Assembly: GCA_951406725.2 (NCBI GenBank)
Contig: OX597829.1
Span: forward strand, 42,036,001 to 42,100,000
Reading direction: 5' to 3'
DNA length: 64,000 bases
DNA from: Octopus vulgaris
Lineage: Eukaryota
The notes under the pieces were generated by a model. It did no database searches, was not told the origin of the DNA, and worked only from the letters and a program-made list of their open reading frames with translations. This document shows positions 1 to 13,231 of the stretch, in pieces. The position numbers and the translations under genes are program-made. Within the stretch, counting starts at the first letter, position 1, and each line of letters begins with the position of its first letter.

Positions 1-297
1 TTTTGCTATCACACTCAAGATCAGATACGCCGGTGTACACATTGAACAGATGAAAATAGGAACATATATATATATGTTCCACCTCCCTTGTCGAATGGCC
101 TTAGGGCCGCCTTCTATCAGTTATGTCACTGCATGAATAAAGGCAAGCAGGATCTCTGCTCGACCTCACAAACATGCTTTTTACGATGCAAATGGCGCTC
201 CACCGAACAATGGGTAAAAATATCCTGGACCTCTGCTTCACCAATAACGTGGCGCTCGTCCATAATGTTAAGGTGACACCAACGATTCTCTCGGATG

Positions 298-459
298 ATA
301 AATAGAGAATACCAAACGCGTTCCCTATGGATACCGTATTTATTACAACGAGTGGCTTGTAAACGTATCTAACTCGCTTTCGCTCGTTAGATACGTTTAC
401 AAGCCACTCGTTGTAATAAATACGGTATCCATAGGGAATGAGTTTGGTATTTTATTTAT
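298..459. repeat. Long palindrome with 53-bp perfect arms (321-373 / 386-438) and a 12-nt loop TCGCTTTCGCTC
   Basis: Direct reverse-complement comparison; imperfect pairing extends out to 298/459. Confidence 0.95.
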
Positions 460-1097
460 TACACACGAATAAACGACCATATTTTATTAACCCAATAACT
501 AAATTCTTCACATCGTGTTGAAGCGCGCATGAATACAGCTTGATTTCACGTCAGTGACGTCACAATGTGTAACTGTAAAAGATGTCATGCCGCAGGAAGA
601 TAGTCCGACTTTATAGCGCTAAGTTTTCTGGTGAAATGACTGATAACTGATGACTGTTTAACATTTTGTTAACATTCAAGTTCACGTTGATAGATCTATC
701 TGCACTGCAAGAGTATCGACGAGCAGACGATGAGCAGACAAAAAATATGAGCAGACAAAAAATATGAGCAGGCGAAAAATATGAGCAGACGAAAAATATG
801 AGCAGACGAAAAATTGAATTACCACCAGAAATGTTTATATTTTATGTGTATATGACTTTAAGTGATATCTGGTATAAAAAAGATAGTATGTTTGTTTAAT
901 TACATGGCTACATTCTACCTGCTCGTGAAAGTAATGAATGAAGTTTAGTTGTAACTTATGAATGACAAAAGTAGTGCCGTCACCGTGACCTCGGGTCTCA
1001 CCATGGATTGACCAATCAGAAGCAGCGCTCGCAGTATCTGACATATGTTAGATACCAAAAATATCTCAAAGTGTTCTCACTCACATGTGTGTAATAA
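302..1097. mobile_element. Non-autonomous palindrome-headed DNA insertion (Crypton-like?) inside the LINE endonuclease
   Basis: Removing 302-1097 restores the reading frame S-D-D-N-F-I-E-L. ATAA is duplicated at both ends (298-301, 1094-1097). Long hairpin at the left end; TTATTACACAC (456-466) is inverted to GTGTGTAATAA (1087-1097). Confidence 0.75.
721..814 (+). repeat. Minisatellite, about 5 copies of 17-bp ATGAGCAGAC(G/A)AAAAAT
   Basis: Visible tandem units with no spacers. Confidence 0.9.
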
Positions 1098-1362
1098 CTT
1101 TATAGAACTAACAATGTGTGGTCCACAGAAAACTGCGGATTTGCGGACTGCTAGAAACACGCAATTCCACTCCAGCCTGAACTTTGATAAAGCTGATTGG
1201 AAGGGTATTGAGAAAGAGGTCATGAAACAAAACTGGACTACCAGTACCTCTACGCAAGGTGCTGACATAAAACTACAGCTCTTTATGACAATCATGCATG
1301 ACATATATAGAAAACTTGCTTCTGAGAGAATGCCAAACCAGTAGAAAAATATAATTCCCAGG

Positions 1363-1661
1363 CGAAAAAAATGGCGGCGAACTGGCAGAAACGTTAGTAA
1401 AGGCAGCGAGCTGTCAGAAACGTTAGTAAAGGCAGGGAGCTGGCAGAAACGTTAGCATGCTGGTCGAAATGCTTAGAGGTATTTCGTCTGCCGTTACGTT
1501 CTGAGTTGAAATTTCGCCGAGGTCGACTTTGCCTTTCATCCTTTCGGGGTCGATAAATGAAGTACCAGTTACGCACTGGGGTCGATGTAATCGACTTAAT
1601 CCGTTTGTCTGTCCTTGTTTGTCCCCTCTGTGTTTAGCCCCTCGTGGGCAATAAAGAAATA
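1363..1661 (+). mobile_element. tRNA-derived SINE family B with triplicated 5' head and ~20-bp TSD
   Basis: A-box-like TGGCAGAAACG x3, B-box-like GAGTTGAAAT, core GCCTTTCATCCTTTCGGGGTCGATAAAT. TSD AGAAAAATATAATTC(C/T)CAGG at 1343-1362 and 1662-1681. Confidence 0.9.
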
Positions 1662-2900
1662 AGAAAAATATAATTCTCAGGGACAGAAGGATTCTAATGT
1701 GACGACGAGCAAAAATTTCAAACCGTCTAAATGGGCCACTTGAGGATAGTAAACGAACGTATCTCAAACAAAACGAACTCAATTATTCCTATGAAAAGGA
1801 GAGGGTAGAGAAAGAAACCATGATTGTCAAAAATATTAAGACAAGCTCTAAAAACATCTATAGATTTGCATTGAGTCTGCTTCAGTACGGTACACTGTTT
1901 CGAAGAAAATGGCTCATCGACTGCAGATACTCAGAAGACAAGTGAAATACTGGATGTACAGAATGTTTTCACATCTCCGTCGGGACACTTGCAAATAGCT
2001 ACACCTGATGAGTTCTTCGGCAGCGCAACTCTACACAGAGATGTCCATTATTGATAACACCGCAATAAAGGAAACTGATGTAATATCAGCCATTGATGCA
2101 ATGAGCACCAAATCAGCCACAGGCCCTGATGGATCCTCAGCAATCCCCTTAAAGAAATGGAAAAGTGCTTCCTCGAAACTATGGGACCTCCCAATAGTTA
2201 AAAAAAGGCATTACATATTATATCTATAGAACGGATGCTAAAAATTAATGTCAGCAAAGTTATGGAATGCGTTGTCAGGAAGAAACTGATCACGTGTTTT
2301 TGAAGATAATGATTTGTTCCCTGACCCCCAGCATGGCTTCCGTTCAGGAAGGAGCTGTTTGCACACCTTTTACAGTATTAATACTATGTGTTCAAACAAC
2401 TAATGAATCGCTCAAACATGAATGTGATATATCTTGACTTTGCAAAGACCTTTGATAAGGTCGATCATGGGATGATTTGTTACAAGCTACGGAGACTCGG
2501 CACAGTCGTAAAACTGGGAGAGTGGCTTCTGTCTTAAAAGACAGAAGTCAAGCGGTGGCAGCTATTGTGGCCTTCTCCAAGGAGACAGCAACACAGAACT
2601 CTCTTGGGGCCGATAGTGTTGATTGTAGTTCTTTCAGACTTGTCCACAGTTACTAGCTATGCCGACGACATAAAAGTAGTACAGGCAGCCAAGGAACCAT
2701 CTGATGCTAATCTTCTACAGAAAGATGTAGATGTTATATATAAATGCTTAAAAGATACACTTAGACTCCGATTTCTTTACAGGAAATCAATTCCACGGAG
2801 GAAACAATGGCTATAAGAGGGATCAAGTTGAGCGGATATAGAGGCAATCATGCGGATAAACAAATTAGATATATTAAATATAACAGTTTTGGTATGAAAT

Positions 2901-2968
<68 letters not shown>

Positions 2969-3038
2969 GTGACCGCGTGTGTACCGTTGGCGATTTCTTT
3001 CCTCCGTCTTCCCTTCTTTGGATCTTTCCTTTTCCTAT

Positions 3039-3073
3039 GTTTCTGACGAAGAGCTTCGCTCGAAACGTTAAAC
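3039..3073 (+). ncRNA. Minimal type-I hammerhead ribozyme motif in a PLE pseudo-LTR
   Basis: GUUU-CUGACGA-A-GAGC(UUC)GCUC-GAAA-CGU-U-AAAC: intact core, 4-bp stems I and II, palindromic ACGU stem III. Confidence 0.7.
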
Positions 3074-3163
3074 CCTCCTTCTTTCCTTCTTTCCTGAGCG
3101 TCCAATAATACTATATTTGTTCCACGTCCTCGCGTTATTGTGTTTTCATGTTTGGATTAACTT

Positions 3164-3274
<111 letters not shown>

Positions 3275-3861
3275 ACACACACATGCAAAAGGAGAGAAAG
3301 AAAAGAAGGGACATCCAGACGATGAATATTTAAGTATAAATACGTAGATATTGATACTAACATGTCCAACTTACACAGAGTTCAAACGACAGAGAAAATT
3401 AGGTGTTATAATTTCAACAGCTGTTTCTGGGGGTTCGGAGATCCATCATAATGTTGGTAGAAGAACTTCATCACAGTGTGTTGTCGTAATGGAAAGTAAT
3501 CAACAATGGATAAAACGAGTCTCCGTCATCAGAGTAGAAACGATTTTATATTTCAGATCATAATGTAGAGAAGTTCAAAGATGGAAAATTCCATCTGATC
3601 TGAAATATAAGATCTTTTCTCACCTGTCTATGACTTTCAGATGTTTGAACACCCAGCGTCATGAGGGAGTCGCCTCGCAAGCGCTATAGCGTAGCGGACC
3701 AGCAAAGCACAAATACATTATGTGTGGTCCATAATACACACACACACACACACACACGCACACACATATATATATATATATAAATGTATATATAAATATA
3801 TGTATATATCAATATATATACATATAAATATACATATATATACACACACATATATATATAC

Positions 3862-3939
<78 letters not shown>

Positions 3940-4096
3940 TAAATATATATAATATATATGAAATATATAAATGACATATATAAATATATATAAACATATC
4001 TATAAATAAATATATATACATATATGTATGTGAATATATATATGCATATATATATATGTATATATATATATATATGTATATATATATGCGTGTGTA

Positions 4097-4132
<36 letters not shown>

Positions 4133-4751
4133 AAATTTATTATTTCTAAAGATATGGAATGAGGGAGAACACAATATTTTCTTTAAGTATATATATATTT
4201 TATTAAATTATCTGTAAGTCAATGAGCATTCAGATCGTCAATTTGTCTGAATTTATTTATTTATTTCATCAGATCACACTGATTACCTCTTTCCTATCTA
4301 TATTCTTTTTTTTTTTTACTTTTTATATATATATATTCTTCTCTGTTTATTTATTTATTTATTTTTTTTTTTTTTTACAGTATGTAACTGAAAGAAAAAA
4401 TATCAAGGCCATATTAGCTGAAGACGAAGTTCAACTTTGTACGAAAAACGTCTTAAGTCTTGGGGTTTCTCAGAACAGGTCGATTCAAAAGACTCCATTT
4501 AATTATGAAGACGTATTTGATCAGGTCACTTAGAGTTGCATTGGCAGGTGGATTTAATGGGGGGGGGGGGCGAAGGAAGCGATGGCGGATAGCGGAATAT
4601 CCACTTCGAACGCCGACGTATTAGGGAAGAAATACACCGTTGTTGAACAGCAGGTTACGTATGATAAAGGAGGAATAAAGGAGAAAGTGCTTTCCGCCTA
4701 GACAAATATGCTTGTTTAGGCCACCATATACATCTATTGCATGTATACCAT

Positions 4752-4820
4752 ATACATATATACATACATACATACATACATATATACATACATACATACA
4801 TACATACATACATACATACA

Positions 4821-4854
<34 letters not shown>

Positions 4855-5120
4855 CATACATACATACATACATACATGCATGCATACATACATACAAACA
4901 TAAATACATACATACATACATGCATACATACATGCATGCATACATACATACATACATATTTACATACATACATACATACATGCATACATACATACATACA
5001 TACATACATACATACATGCATATATACATACATACACACATACATACATTCATACATACATTCATACATACATTCATACATACATATATACATACATACA
5101 TACATACGTACGTACGTACG

Positions 5121-5182
<62 letters not shown>

Positions 5183-5215
5183 CATACATACATACATACA
5201 AACATACATACATAT
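4752..5215. repeat. (ATAC)n microsatellite
   Basis: Direct inspection. Confidence 0.97.
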
Positions 5216-5658
5216 ATGAACATGGTGTACAATTATATTGCATGCATACACAGATATAAGTGTATGCTATATGTGCGTTCAGATACGCGTGTATATAAAT
5301 GTGCATGTGTTTATAAAAATGTAATGTATTTTTGTGATTATTAGATTGCATGTGTATGTGCAGATTGCTGATACGTGCACCATATCAAATGTGCAAATGC
5401 TCACACAGACGCGCCCTCGCGCGACAACATGAAGACTTACATAGCTACATATGTGTGTATGTATGTATGTATGTATGTATGTATGTATATATATATAAAT
5501 AATAATAATAATAATAAAAATAAAGATTGTAATAATAATAATAATAATAATAAAAATAAAAATAATAATAACAACAACAACAACAACAACAACAATAATA
5601 ATAATAATAATAAAAATAATAATAATAATAATATTGATAATAATAATAATAATAATAA

Positions 5659-6030
5659 ATGCCCTGATGCAGCACCAGGCAGTGGCTCTCATTGCTTCTG
5701 ATCTTAACTGATTGGAAGTGTTATCATGTACATTGTTTTGTCTTGGTATAAAAGATGGGCTACAGCAAATATTCTGCTCAATACCACAGATTTGCTTGTC
5801 AGTTGTTTGACCTTAACCAGTTGAGCATGTCCCTTAGTGGCTGACGATATGTGTATCTCTGATCACGAGCAGAAGTAGTGGGAGAGCATCATAGCCATGT
5901 GTTGAGAGGGATTCCTTGGTGTTTGAATAATTCACCTCTGGAAACGTGGGTGTTTCATTGAACATCCTTAAACAGCCCTTATTAAGGGACCTTTTGAGCG
6001 GCATGGGCTACTCAATCTACAGAAAATTCA
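5659..6030. repeat. Probable interspersed-repeat fragment abutting an (AAT)n tract
   Basis: Complex sequence starting directly after (AAT)n, as for microsatellite-targeting LINE ends. Family not established. Confidence 0.35.
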
Positions 6031-6057
6031 AACAGCAAGGTCATGCGCTGTTTATCT

Positions 6058-6125
<68 letters not shown>

Positions 6126-6352
6126 GTATATAGGTTATGAGAGGTAATGATGTCAGTAAGACCCAAAGGTGGCAGGTAATGCTGAGTAAGTGCTATGGAT
6201 AGATCATAGTTAATTTCCAGGTTCGGTAATTATGCGAATAAGGGGTCCAACGTAGGTCATATATCAGCATGTGTATATATAAACATTTTTTTCAGAATGA
6301 GATAGAAAAAACACCAAGGCTATGTAGATTTTAGAACATTTATAGATGGAAG

Positions 6353-6404
6353 GTCTTACAGCTGTTTCCAGGATATTTATTTATTATATCCCTTCATCGG
6401 AGAC
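6353..6404 (-). ncRNA. Hammerhead-like motif (U4C variant)
   Basis: Minus strand GUCU-CCGAUGA-AGGGAUAU...AUAUCCUG-GAAA-CAGCUG-UA-AGAC: stem I GUCU/AGAC, palindromic stem III, GUA triplet. Confidence 0.6.
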
Positions 6405-6506
6405 GGTGTGAGAAAATGGTTATGAAATAGTTAATTTAGACAAGATATGTAAACAATTGTGAAGTGGATGAAGGAAAATATATGTGAGATATGTAGGGAT
6501 ATTGCA

Positions 6507-7189
6507 TTTGTAGATCCATTATTTAGGCAGAATGGCATACATATAAGATTACAATACCTTGTGAGTAAAATCCAATAGTATTTAAAATTGGTCATTCCAA
6601 GTATAGAGTTTGTACACAGTGCAATTGAATGAAGGATTTTATTTAAAGTGACCTAAAAGTAGGGAATGTATTTGTAAGGTCAAATCGAAAACAGGAAGAG
6701 AAGAATAAAGAAAAGAAAAATAAGAAAAGAAAAAAGAAAAAATAGGAAGAGAGGAATAAAGAAAAGAAAGAAGAAAGAAAAAGAAATACAAGGAGAGATA
6801 ATGAGGAAAATTGTACCAGTTAGTGGTCAGTCTAGATAATTTGAAAGTAGGAATGGGGAGATGAGGGTGATAGAGACTGACCACTAACTGGTATACTCTC
6901 CCTTATCTCTCTCCTTGTTTTTCTTTTTTCTTTTTCTTTCTTATGTTTATTTCTCTCTTCCTGTTTTTTCTTTGTCTCTTTTTTTCTCTTTATTCTTCTC
7001 TTCCTGTTTTCGATTTGACCTTACAAATACATTCCCTACTTTTAGGTTACTTTAAATAAAACCCTACAATAGCACTGTGTACAAACTCTATACTTGGAAT
7101 GACCAATTTTAGATACTATTGGATTTTACTCACAAGGTATTTGAATCTTATATGTATACCATTCTGCCTAAATAATGGATCTACAAATC
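6507..7189. repeat. Long inverted repeat (arms ~6507-6833 and ~6875-7189), PLE-type fold-back
   Basis: e.g. GTAGATCCATTATTTAGGCAGAATGG vs CCATTCTGCCTAAATAATGGATCTAC, and CCAGTTAGTGGTCAGTCT vs AGACTGACCACTAACTGG. Adjacent to an HHR motif. Confidence 0.9.
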
Positions 7190-7444
7190 TTCTCTATTCT
7201 GAGGCTGTGACCTTCCCTTTGATAAAATATGTAGGGATATTGCATTTTGGACTTTTCCCTTTCTTTTTTCCGACGAAGAGTCATGCACAAAACATCAATC
7301 TCTCTTCTTTTACCGAGCGTCAAGCTAATTCATTTCTTGTGCACGTCCACACGTTCATTTTTATTCGTTTATTTGAATTGACTATACATAGGTGTTACTG
7401 CAATTAAAATACGAATTTTATCAAAGGAAAGGTCTCTCACACAC

Positions 7445-7492
<48 letters not shown>

Positions 7493-7499
7493 GTCCCCA

Positions 7500-7846
7500 T
7501 GAACGAAGAACAACTGTATAGCATGTAGGATGACCCCCCACGGGTTAACTGTAAGGTTTTGAATATAGTGTATAGCTTACGGTGTACTGAGAGATGTTGC
7601 AGAAACAAAACAACTATTTACATCGAAGAGACAGCACGCAGCATAGAGGAGCGTATAGGCGACTACTGGCGGGAGCTCAAAGAGGAGAAGGCTTATCAGT
7701 GCTGTACCAACATACTCAGGCAGAACATAGAAGCTTGGTTAATAATACAGAGGTTAAGGTATTATCAACGCATAGAACTGACACGACACTTAGATAGATT
7801 AGAGGTTACACACAGAGCAAGAGACAGGTGGAACCTCAATAGATAA
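7500..7846 (+). pseudogene. Penelope-like element GIY-YIG endonuclease remnant
   Basis: NCKVLNIVYSLRC..CC....IYIEETARSIEERI, then in a shifted frame SVLYQHTQAEH...VKVLS...TLR, ending ..NLNR. Matches the VY..C..C..YIGET.R...R..EH...H pattern with degeneration. Confidence 0.75.
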
Positions 7847-7873
7847 CACGATTGGAATAATAACGCCCCGCCC

Positions 7874-7934
7874 CATCACCATCGCCGCCGCCGCCGCCAC
7901 CACCACCACCACCACCACCACCACCACCACCACC

Positions 7935-7966
<32 letters not shown>

Positions 7967-8239
7967 CACGACGACTAAAAACAGAAAGGAGAAAAAATAG
8001 ATACAATGTAATACATACACAATAGACAAATATGCACATACCTGTGATAAATATGAAATAGAGATAGAGAGATAATCAAACCAAACAAATTTGCAAAGAT
8101 ACAAGCGACATAGCAAGCGATCCCATATACACACACAAAACAAACATACACTAACTTCACAAACGGCCGCAACAGCATCAACAACGCGACCAACAACAAC
8201 GACAACAACTGCAGCAGCACTACCACCACCACCACCACC

Positions 8240-8271
<32 letters not shown>

Positions 8272-8315
8272 CAACAACAACAACGACAGCAACAACAACT
8301 ACCGCGACGGCAGCA
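7874..8315. repeat. Two compound (GCC/ACC/AAC)n trinucleotide tracts
   Basis: Direct inspection. Confidence 0.9.
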
Positions 8316-8951
8316 GCGTGGGCGAATCTACAAAAAAACAGAGAGATACAGGAATGATACCAAGTGGGGTCAATACCAAAAGTCGGGACGGATTTGAGGG
8401 GAGGGTTGTAGTGCTACTAATAACAACGACAATAACGATGACAACAATATGATCAGCTGAAACTGGTATTCGATAAGTGCACTGACAAAACAGTTAGACG
8501 CGCGCACACACACACATAAACGATGGGCTTCTTTTAGTTTCCGTGTACTATATCCATCCACAAAGTTTTGGTTGGTCTGGGACTAAAAGAGAAGACACTT
8601 ACCCAAGTTAGTTCGAATATGTTTGTGACATATCTTTTACTTGTTCCAACCATTAGAGTGCGGCCATGCTGGGGCATCTCCTTGAAGAATTTTAGTTGAA
8701 CGAGTCGACTCCGCTATATATTTTTTTTCTCAAAACCTCGTACGTATTCTACTCGTTTCTTTATGTTGCCTGTCTCGTTTTTCTATTTGTTTCTTTCGTG
8801 GTTCGAAAAAATATTCGTTTTCCATATTTTGTTTTTCATGTTGTTCACATTTTTTGACGGAATTTGAACTCAGAACGTAACGGCAGACGAAATACCGCTA
8901 TGCATTTTGCCCGGCGTTCTTCTTTCAGGTTCTGTCAACCAAATCCACATA

Positions 8952-9362
8952 GGCTCAGGAGTGGCTGTGTGGTAAGTAGCTTGCTAACCAACCACATGGT
9001 TCCGGGTTCAGTCCCACTGCGTGGCATCTTGGGCAAGTGTCTTCTGCTATAGCTCCGGGCCGACCAATGCCTTGTGAGTGGATTTGGTAGACGGAAACTG
9101 AAAGAAGCCTGTCGTATATGTATATATATATGTATATGTATGTGTGTGTGTTTGTGTTTGTGTGTTTGCCCCCCTAGCATTGCTTGACAACCGATGCTGG
9201 TGTGTTTACGTCCCCGTCACTTAGTGGTTCGGCAAAAAAGACCGATAGAATAAGTCCTGGGCTTACAAAGAATAAGTCCCGGGGTCAATTTGCTCGACTA
9301 AAGGCAGTGCTCCAGCATGGCCGCAGTCAAATGACTGAAACAAGTAAAAGAGTAAAGAGAGT
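8952..9362 (+). mobile_element. tRNA-derived SINE family A (internal TA/TG microsatellite, GTAAAAGA tail)
   Basis: A-box TGGCTGTGTGG, B-box GGTTCAGTCCC, CORE-like CTTGGGCAAGT; near-identical copies throughout the window. Confidence 0.92.
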
Positions 9363-9742
9363 ATCTACTCACAACACTTTCACCGGCCTGATGCTATTGT
9401 AGAATGCATTTACCCAAGGTGCCACGTAGTGAGACTGAGTGAACCCGGAAACATATGGTTAAGAAGTAAGTTTCTTATTATACAGCCGAGTCTTCGCCTA
9501 TGTCAACCTCACTACAAATTCACTGCAGTTTGCAGGAAAAAAAAAAGGTTATACCCCTTCGTTATAGCCAACCAGGAAAAGCCAAGGAGCTAGAAAAGGC
9601 GTCTCGGAGTCTTCTAGAGGGAGACAACAGGCAGATAAACTTTTCCTTGAATATACCTGTTACCATAAGCGCGATTTTTTCTCCACCGGAACTGCAACAA
9701 AATTGCTTTTAGAAGTTAAAATATGTCGCAAACATATTTGAA

Positions 9743-10268
9743 CTAACCCAATGCAGATTTTAGTTCAGGTCGAAGAGTTTTAGCAACTAGTGCTTCTCTA
9801 TTAATGAAACAATGAGTATGGATAATATTTGGATTTTTTTGTGCGATTGGGACAAAGCCTTTAAGACATCCTGTCATTGCAGGGGCACCATCTGTAAAAA
9901 TACCAACACAGTTTTTCCAGTTCAGTCCACAATACTCTAAATATGAATTTAAAACATCAAATACATCTTGTCCTTTTCTTGTTTCTGGCAACTCTTTGCA
10001 ACACAGGACGTCTTCTACAATAGCTTCGTCATTAATAAAACGAACAAATACAAGGAGCTGTGATTTACCAGTGATGTCTGTACTCTCATCAACTTGAAGT
10101 GCAAACAACTTATGTTTCAGTATTTTTGACTTAATATTGCACTCAATGTCTCCTGACATGTCTTATTATGTTGTCAGAAAGTGGAATTTTATTTAGATCT
10201 GATATAGCATCCTTTCCAAACATTATCCTCACTATTTCCTGGCATGCAGGTAAAATTACAGTTTCTCA
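9743..10268 (-). pseudogene. hAT transposase fragment, Charlie/Buster (ZBED5/SCAND3-like) group
   Basis: ETVILPACQEIV...IPLSDN, FALQVDESTD, QLLVFVRF, TDGAPAM, HTHCFINREAL motifs; truncated at both ends. Confidence 0.92.
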
Positions 10269-11157
10269 TTACAGCTTGGCGTTGATAATACTGTATAATT
10301 AATATAATTTTGTATAGTAAGATTATTAGGTTGTTATTGAAAATATTTTAGAGAAATTTTGTATGTACAAATTTGCTTCATCTTTTATTGTGTTCAAAAT
10401 AGAAAGTTCTTTAGTTGTGAAAGATTTCTATATGGTAGCGATTTACACTTGTATTTAAAGTTATTCATATTTATGATTTATGCTATGGTATGCAGAAAAA
10501 AAAAGAGAAAATTACGGAGTTTAATGATTAAAGGTTTACTTTAATTTGGTTCAAATATCTATTGTATCATCGACAATATCCCATGAAACTTTTCGGCTTC
10601 AAACGAAGTTCAACTTGCGGCTTTTTGGTAAGTATTACTACTCGGCTAGGTGATAACTGGATACACAATAATATGAATGAAAGATTAAGCGAGACAAGCG
10701 TTACACACACAGACACACACACACACACACACGCAAACACACACACACACATGCACACACACACACATGCACACACACACACGCACGCACACACAGGCAC
10801 ACACATATACACTCACACAAACGTAGACACAGACTTCTGTGCACGTATTATATATATATAAATAGATGTGTGTATTTTCCCTTGTTAACAATTAACACGG
10901 AAAAAATAGATAAATAGTTACCAGGGTAGCAAAAAAATCACACAAGTAAAGAGGTTGTAACTCCTTGTTTTTAAAGGTAGAAACTTCGGGTTTACGTGAA
11001 ATTTTTTGTATAATATATAAATAAATAAATAATTAGAGTTTAACGCAGGTGTAATTCAAATACTTTTATTTCCGATACATATTTCAAAGATATCACTGAT
11101 ATTCCAAAGGAATAAAATGGAATAAAACAAAATAAGAAGCAAGATATCAATTAGTGC

Positions 11158-11243
11158 TGCAGTACGACCGTTCCGAGCGGATCCATTTAATTGAACAATG
11201 CAATCATTACATCAATTTAAATGCAGTGCCATCTTCAGCTGCA
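11158..11243 (-). ncRNA. Degenerate hammerhead motif with expanded stem II
   Basis: UGCAG-CUGAAGA-[~57 nt]-GGAA-CGGUCG-UA-CUGCA: 5-bp stem I; GAAA mutated to GGAA. Confidence 0.45.
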
Positions 11244-11408
11244 CAAATAAATAAATAGAATTTCAACCAGTCGGACACATTGATGTAATTTTTCTCAAAT
11301 TAGCCGTTCGTCGACAGCTGATAGGGTGGACTCGCGGGGGACCCGTCGCGCGAAGGTAGTCGATACTAAGCTGTGCGATCGTACTGACAGTTATCCAAAA
11401 TCAAAGGG

Positions 11409-11453
<45 letters not shown>

Positions 11454-12446
11454 GAAAATCCGTCAAAAAATTGGTACACATAGCCAAGCAACAATTGGTG
11501 ACTTGGTTTTTACATGGGAAGAATACACAGACTAACCAAGTATCCGTTGCTCCCCTAACAAAACACTATATGTATGTATTTAGTGCAAAACATAGACTCA
11601 CCACGTGAGAGTATGAAATCACTCGACGACCTGAGGATCGCATAAAGTGGCTTCTAGCGCGAAGCCCGAGCTACAATGTGCTTGTCCTCCAGAGAACGTT
11701 TCAGGTTATTTTTGGGTACCACCCTGTGTGTATGTATATATGTATGTAAGTGTGCATGTGTATATGTATGCATTCATGTATGTATGCGTTTATAAATGTA
11801 TGTATGTATGTAGGTCGGTAGATAGGTCAGATAACTCGAGGGAAAATATACAAATTATTTTCTGATATTTAGTCTATTCTTAGCTTTCATCGCAATGTTT
11901 ACTTTTTGCAACATTCCTATAAAATGTTTTCTGTATGTAAAAATATTATAGCTTGGCTGACAGGAAAGGAAAAATTATGATAAGTTATAGATGTCATTGC
12001 AGTGTGAACATTTATTTCATATTCATTTCGATAGGATATGCTTTCGGACTGTTGGTTTTTAAGATTACAAGTTCTGTTCTCTACCAGGATTACAACTTTG
12101 CTTTGCACCCGTGATAGTGGTATATTTCGTTTAATTGTTTAATTGTGTGTGTGTGTGTATGCTATAAACTCGAAAGGATAAAAATGTTCTCAGGCTAAGA
12201 TATCGACCAGCTTATTAATATTCTTCAAATTTCAATCTATGAAACAATCAGTGAAAATATGCAAAGCATCAAGTAACAACACTTCACATGTTGTTAACCA
12301 AATTCTAGCAACGGAACTTTGTTTCTACGTTACGACCCTGTCCTCGCCTTCACTGTAAGAATTCAAATAATTGGAAAATAAAGATAACATATCTCAACAC
12401 TGAAAACACTTGCATGCACGCAATACACGCACACATACACATACAC

Positions 12447-12485
<39 letters not shown>

Positions 12486-12797
12486 CACACACACACACGC
12501 ACACACACAGAGGTACACGCATACTTACGCAAACACGTATACATGCTTGTGTATGTGTGTGTTTATGCGATAAAGATTGTGTATGTGCGTGCGTGCAAGC
12601 TGATTGCGGATTGTAGATACATAGATAATTCTTGCAGATTGGATTCTTAGAAGAGCTGCCACCATTTTTCTGGAGAGACAGAAGCATGTAAGCTATTATG
12701 GATATTTAAGCTTAGTTTGCACAATGACTAAGCTCAAATATCATGAGTTAAGATTCAGAATTGAATACAATCATACACAGGCACACTGGTACACAAG

Positions 12798-12798
<1 letters not shown>

Positions 12799-12882
<84 letters not shown>

Positions 12883-13164
12883 AACACAAATACACACACA
12901 TACACACGCACTTTCTCATTCTGTCTCTCGCTCTCTCTCTTCTCCATAGGCATACACACCTTAAAACACACAGGCGCACACGCAAACATTCACACTCAAA
13001 CACACACACACACACACACACACTCACACACTCATATACATACACACTCATACATACATGCATACATACATACACACACACTCACACACATTCACACACA
13101 CTCACACACACATGCACACACACACACACTCATACATACATGCATACATACATGCACACACACA

Positions 13165-13230
<66 letters not shown>
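12799..13230. repeat. (CA)n-rich microsatellite block
   Basis: Direct inspection. Confidence 0.95.

Positions 13231-13231
<1 letters not shown>

Larger units (their letters stand above)
200..2750 (+). mobile_element. Decayed CR1/L2-group LINE ORF2 (APE endonuclease C-terminus + reverse transcriptase), interrupted by two insertions
   Basis: Manual translation across frameshifts gives GKNILDLCFTNN...PTILSDD|NFIEL (APE SDH motif split by the 302-1097 insert), LNFDKADW, KSATGPDG, QHGFRSGRSC, VIYLDFAKTFDKVDHG, LLGP, YADDIK, LLQKD. Multiple stops and frameshifts. Confidence 0.9.

Noticed and set aside
721-814. Regular short repeats resembling a CRISPR array
   Set aside because: Units are contiguous with no unique spacers, there are no cas genes, and the context is eukaryotic.
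3410-3535. Minus-strand CUGAUGA-CGGAGA...UCUCCG...GAAACAGCUGUU
   Set aside because: Extra bases separate stem II from GAAA and stem I does not pair; at most a heavily decayed relic.
9743-10159. Possible domesticated ZBED5/SCAND3-like host gene
   Set aside because: Truncated, with a deletion upstream, a degraded CxxH motif and no splice context; treated as a transposon fossil.
11626-11680. CUGAGGA...GAAG hammerhead-like string
   Set aside because: GAAA is altered and no stem I can form.
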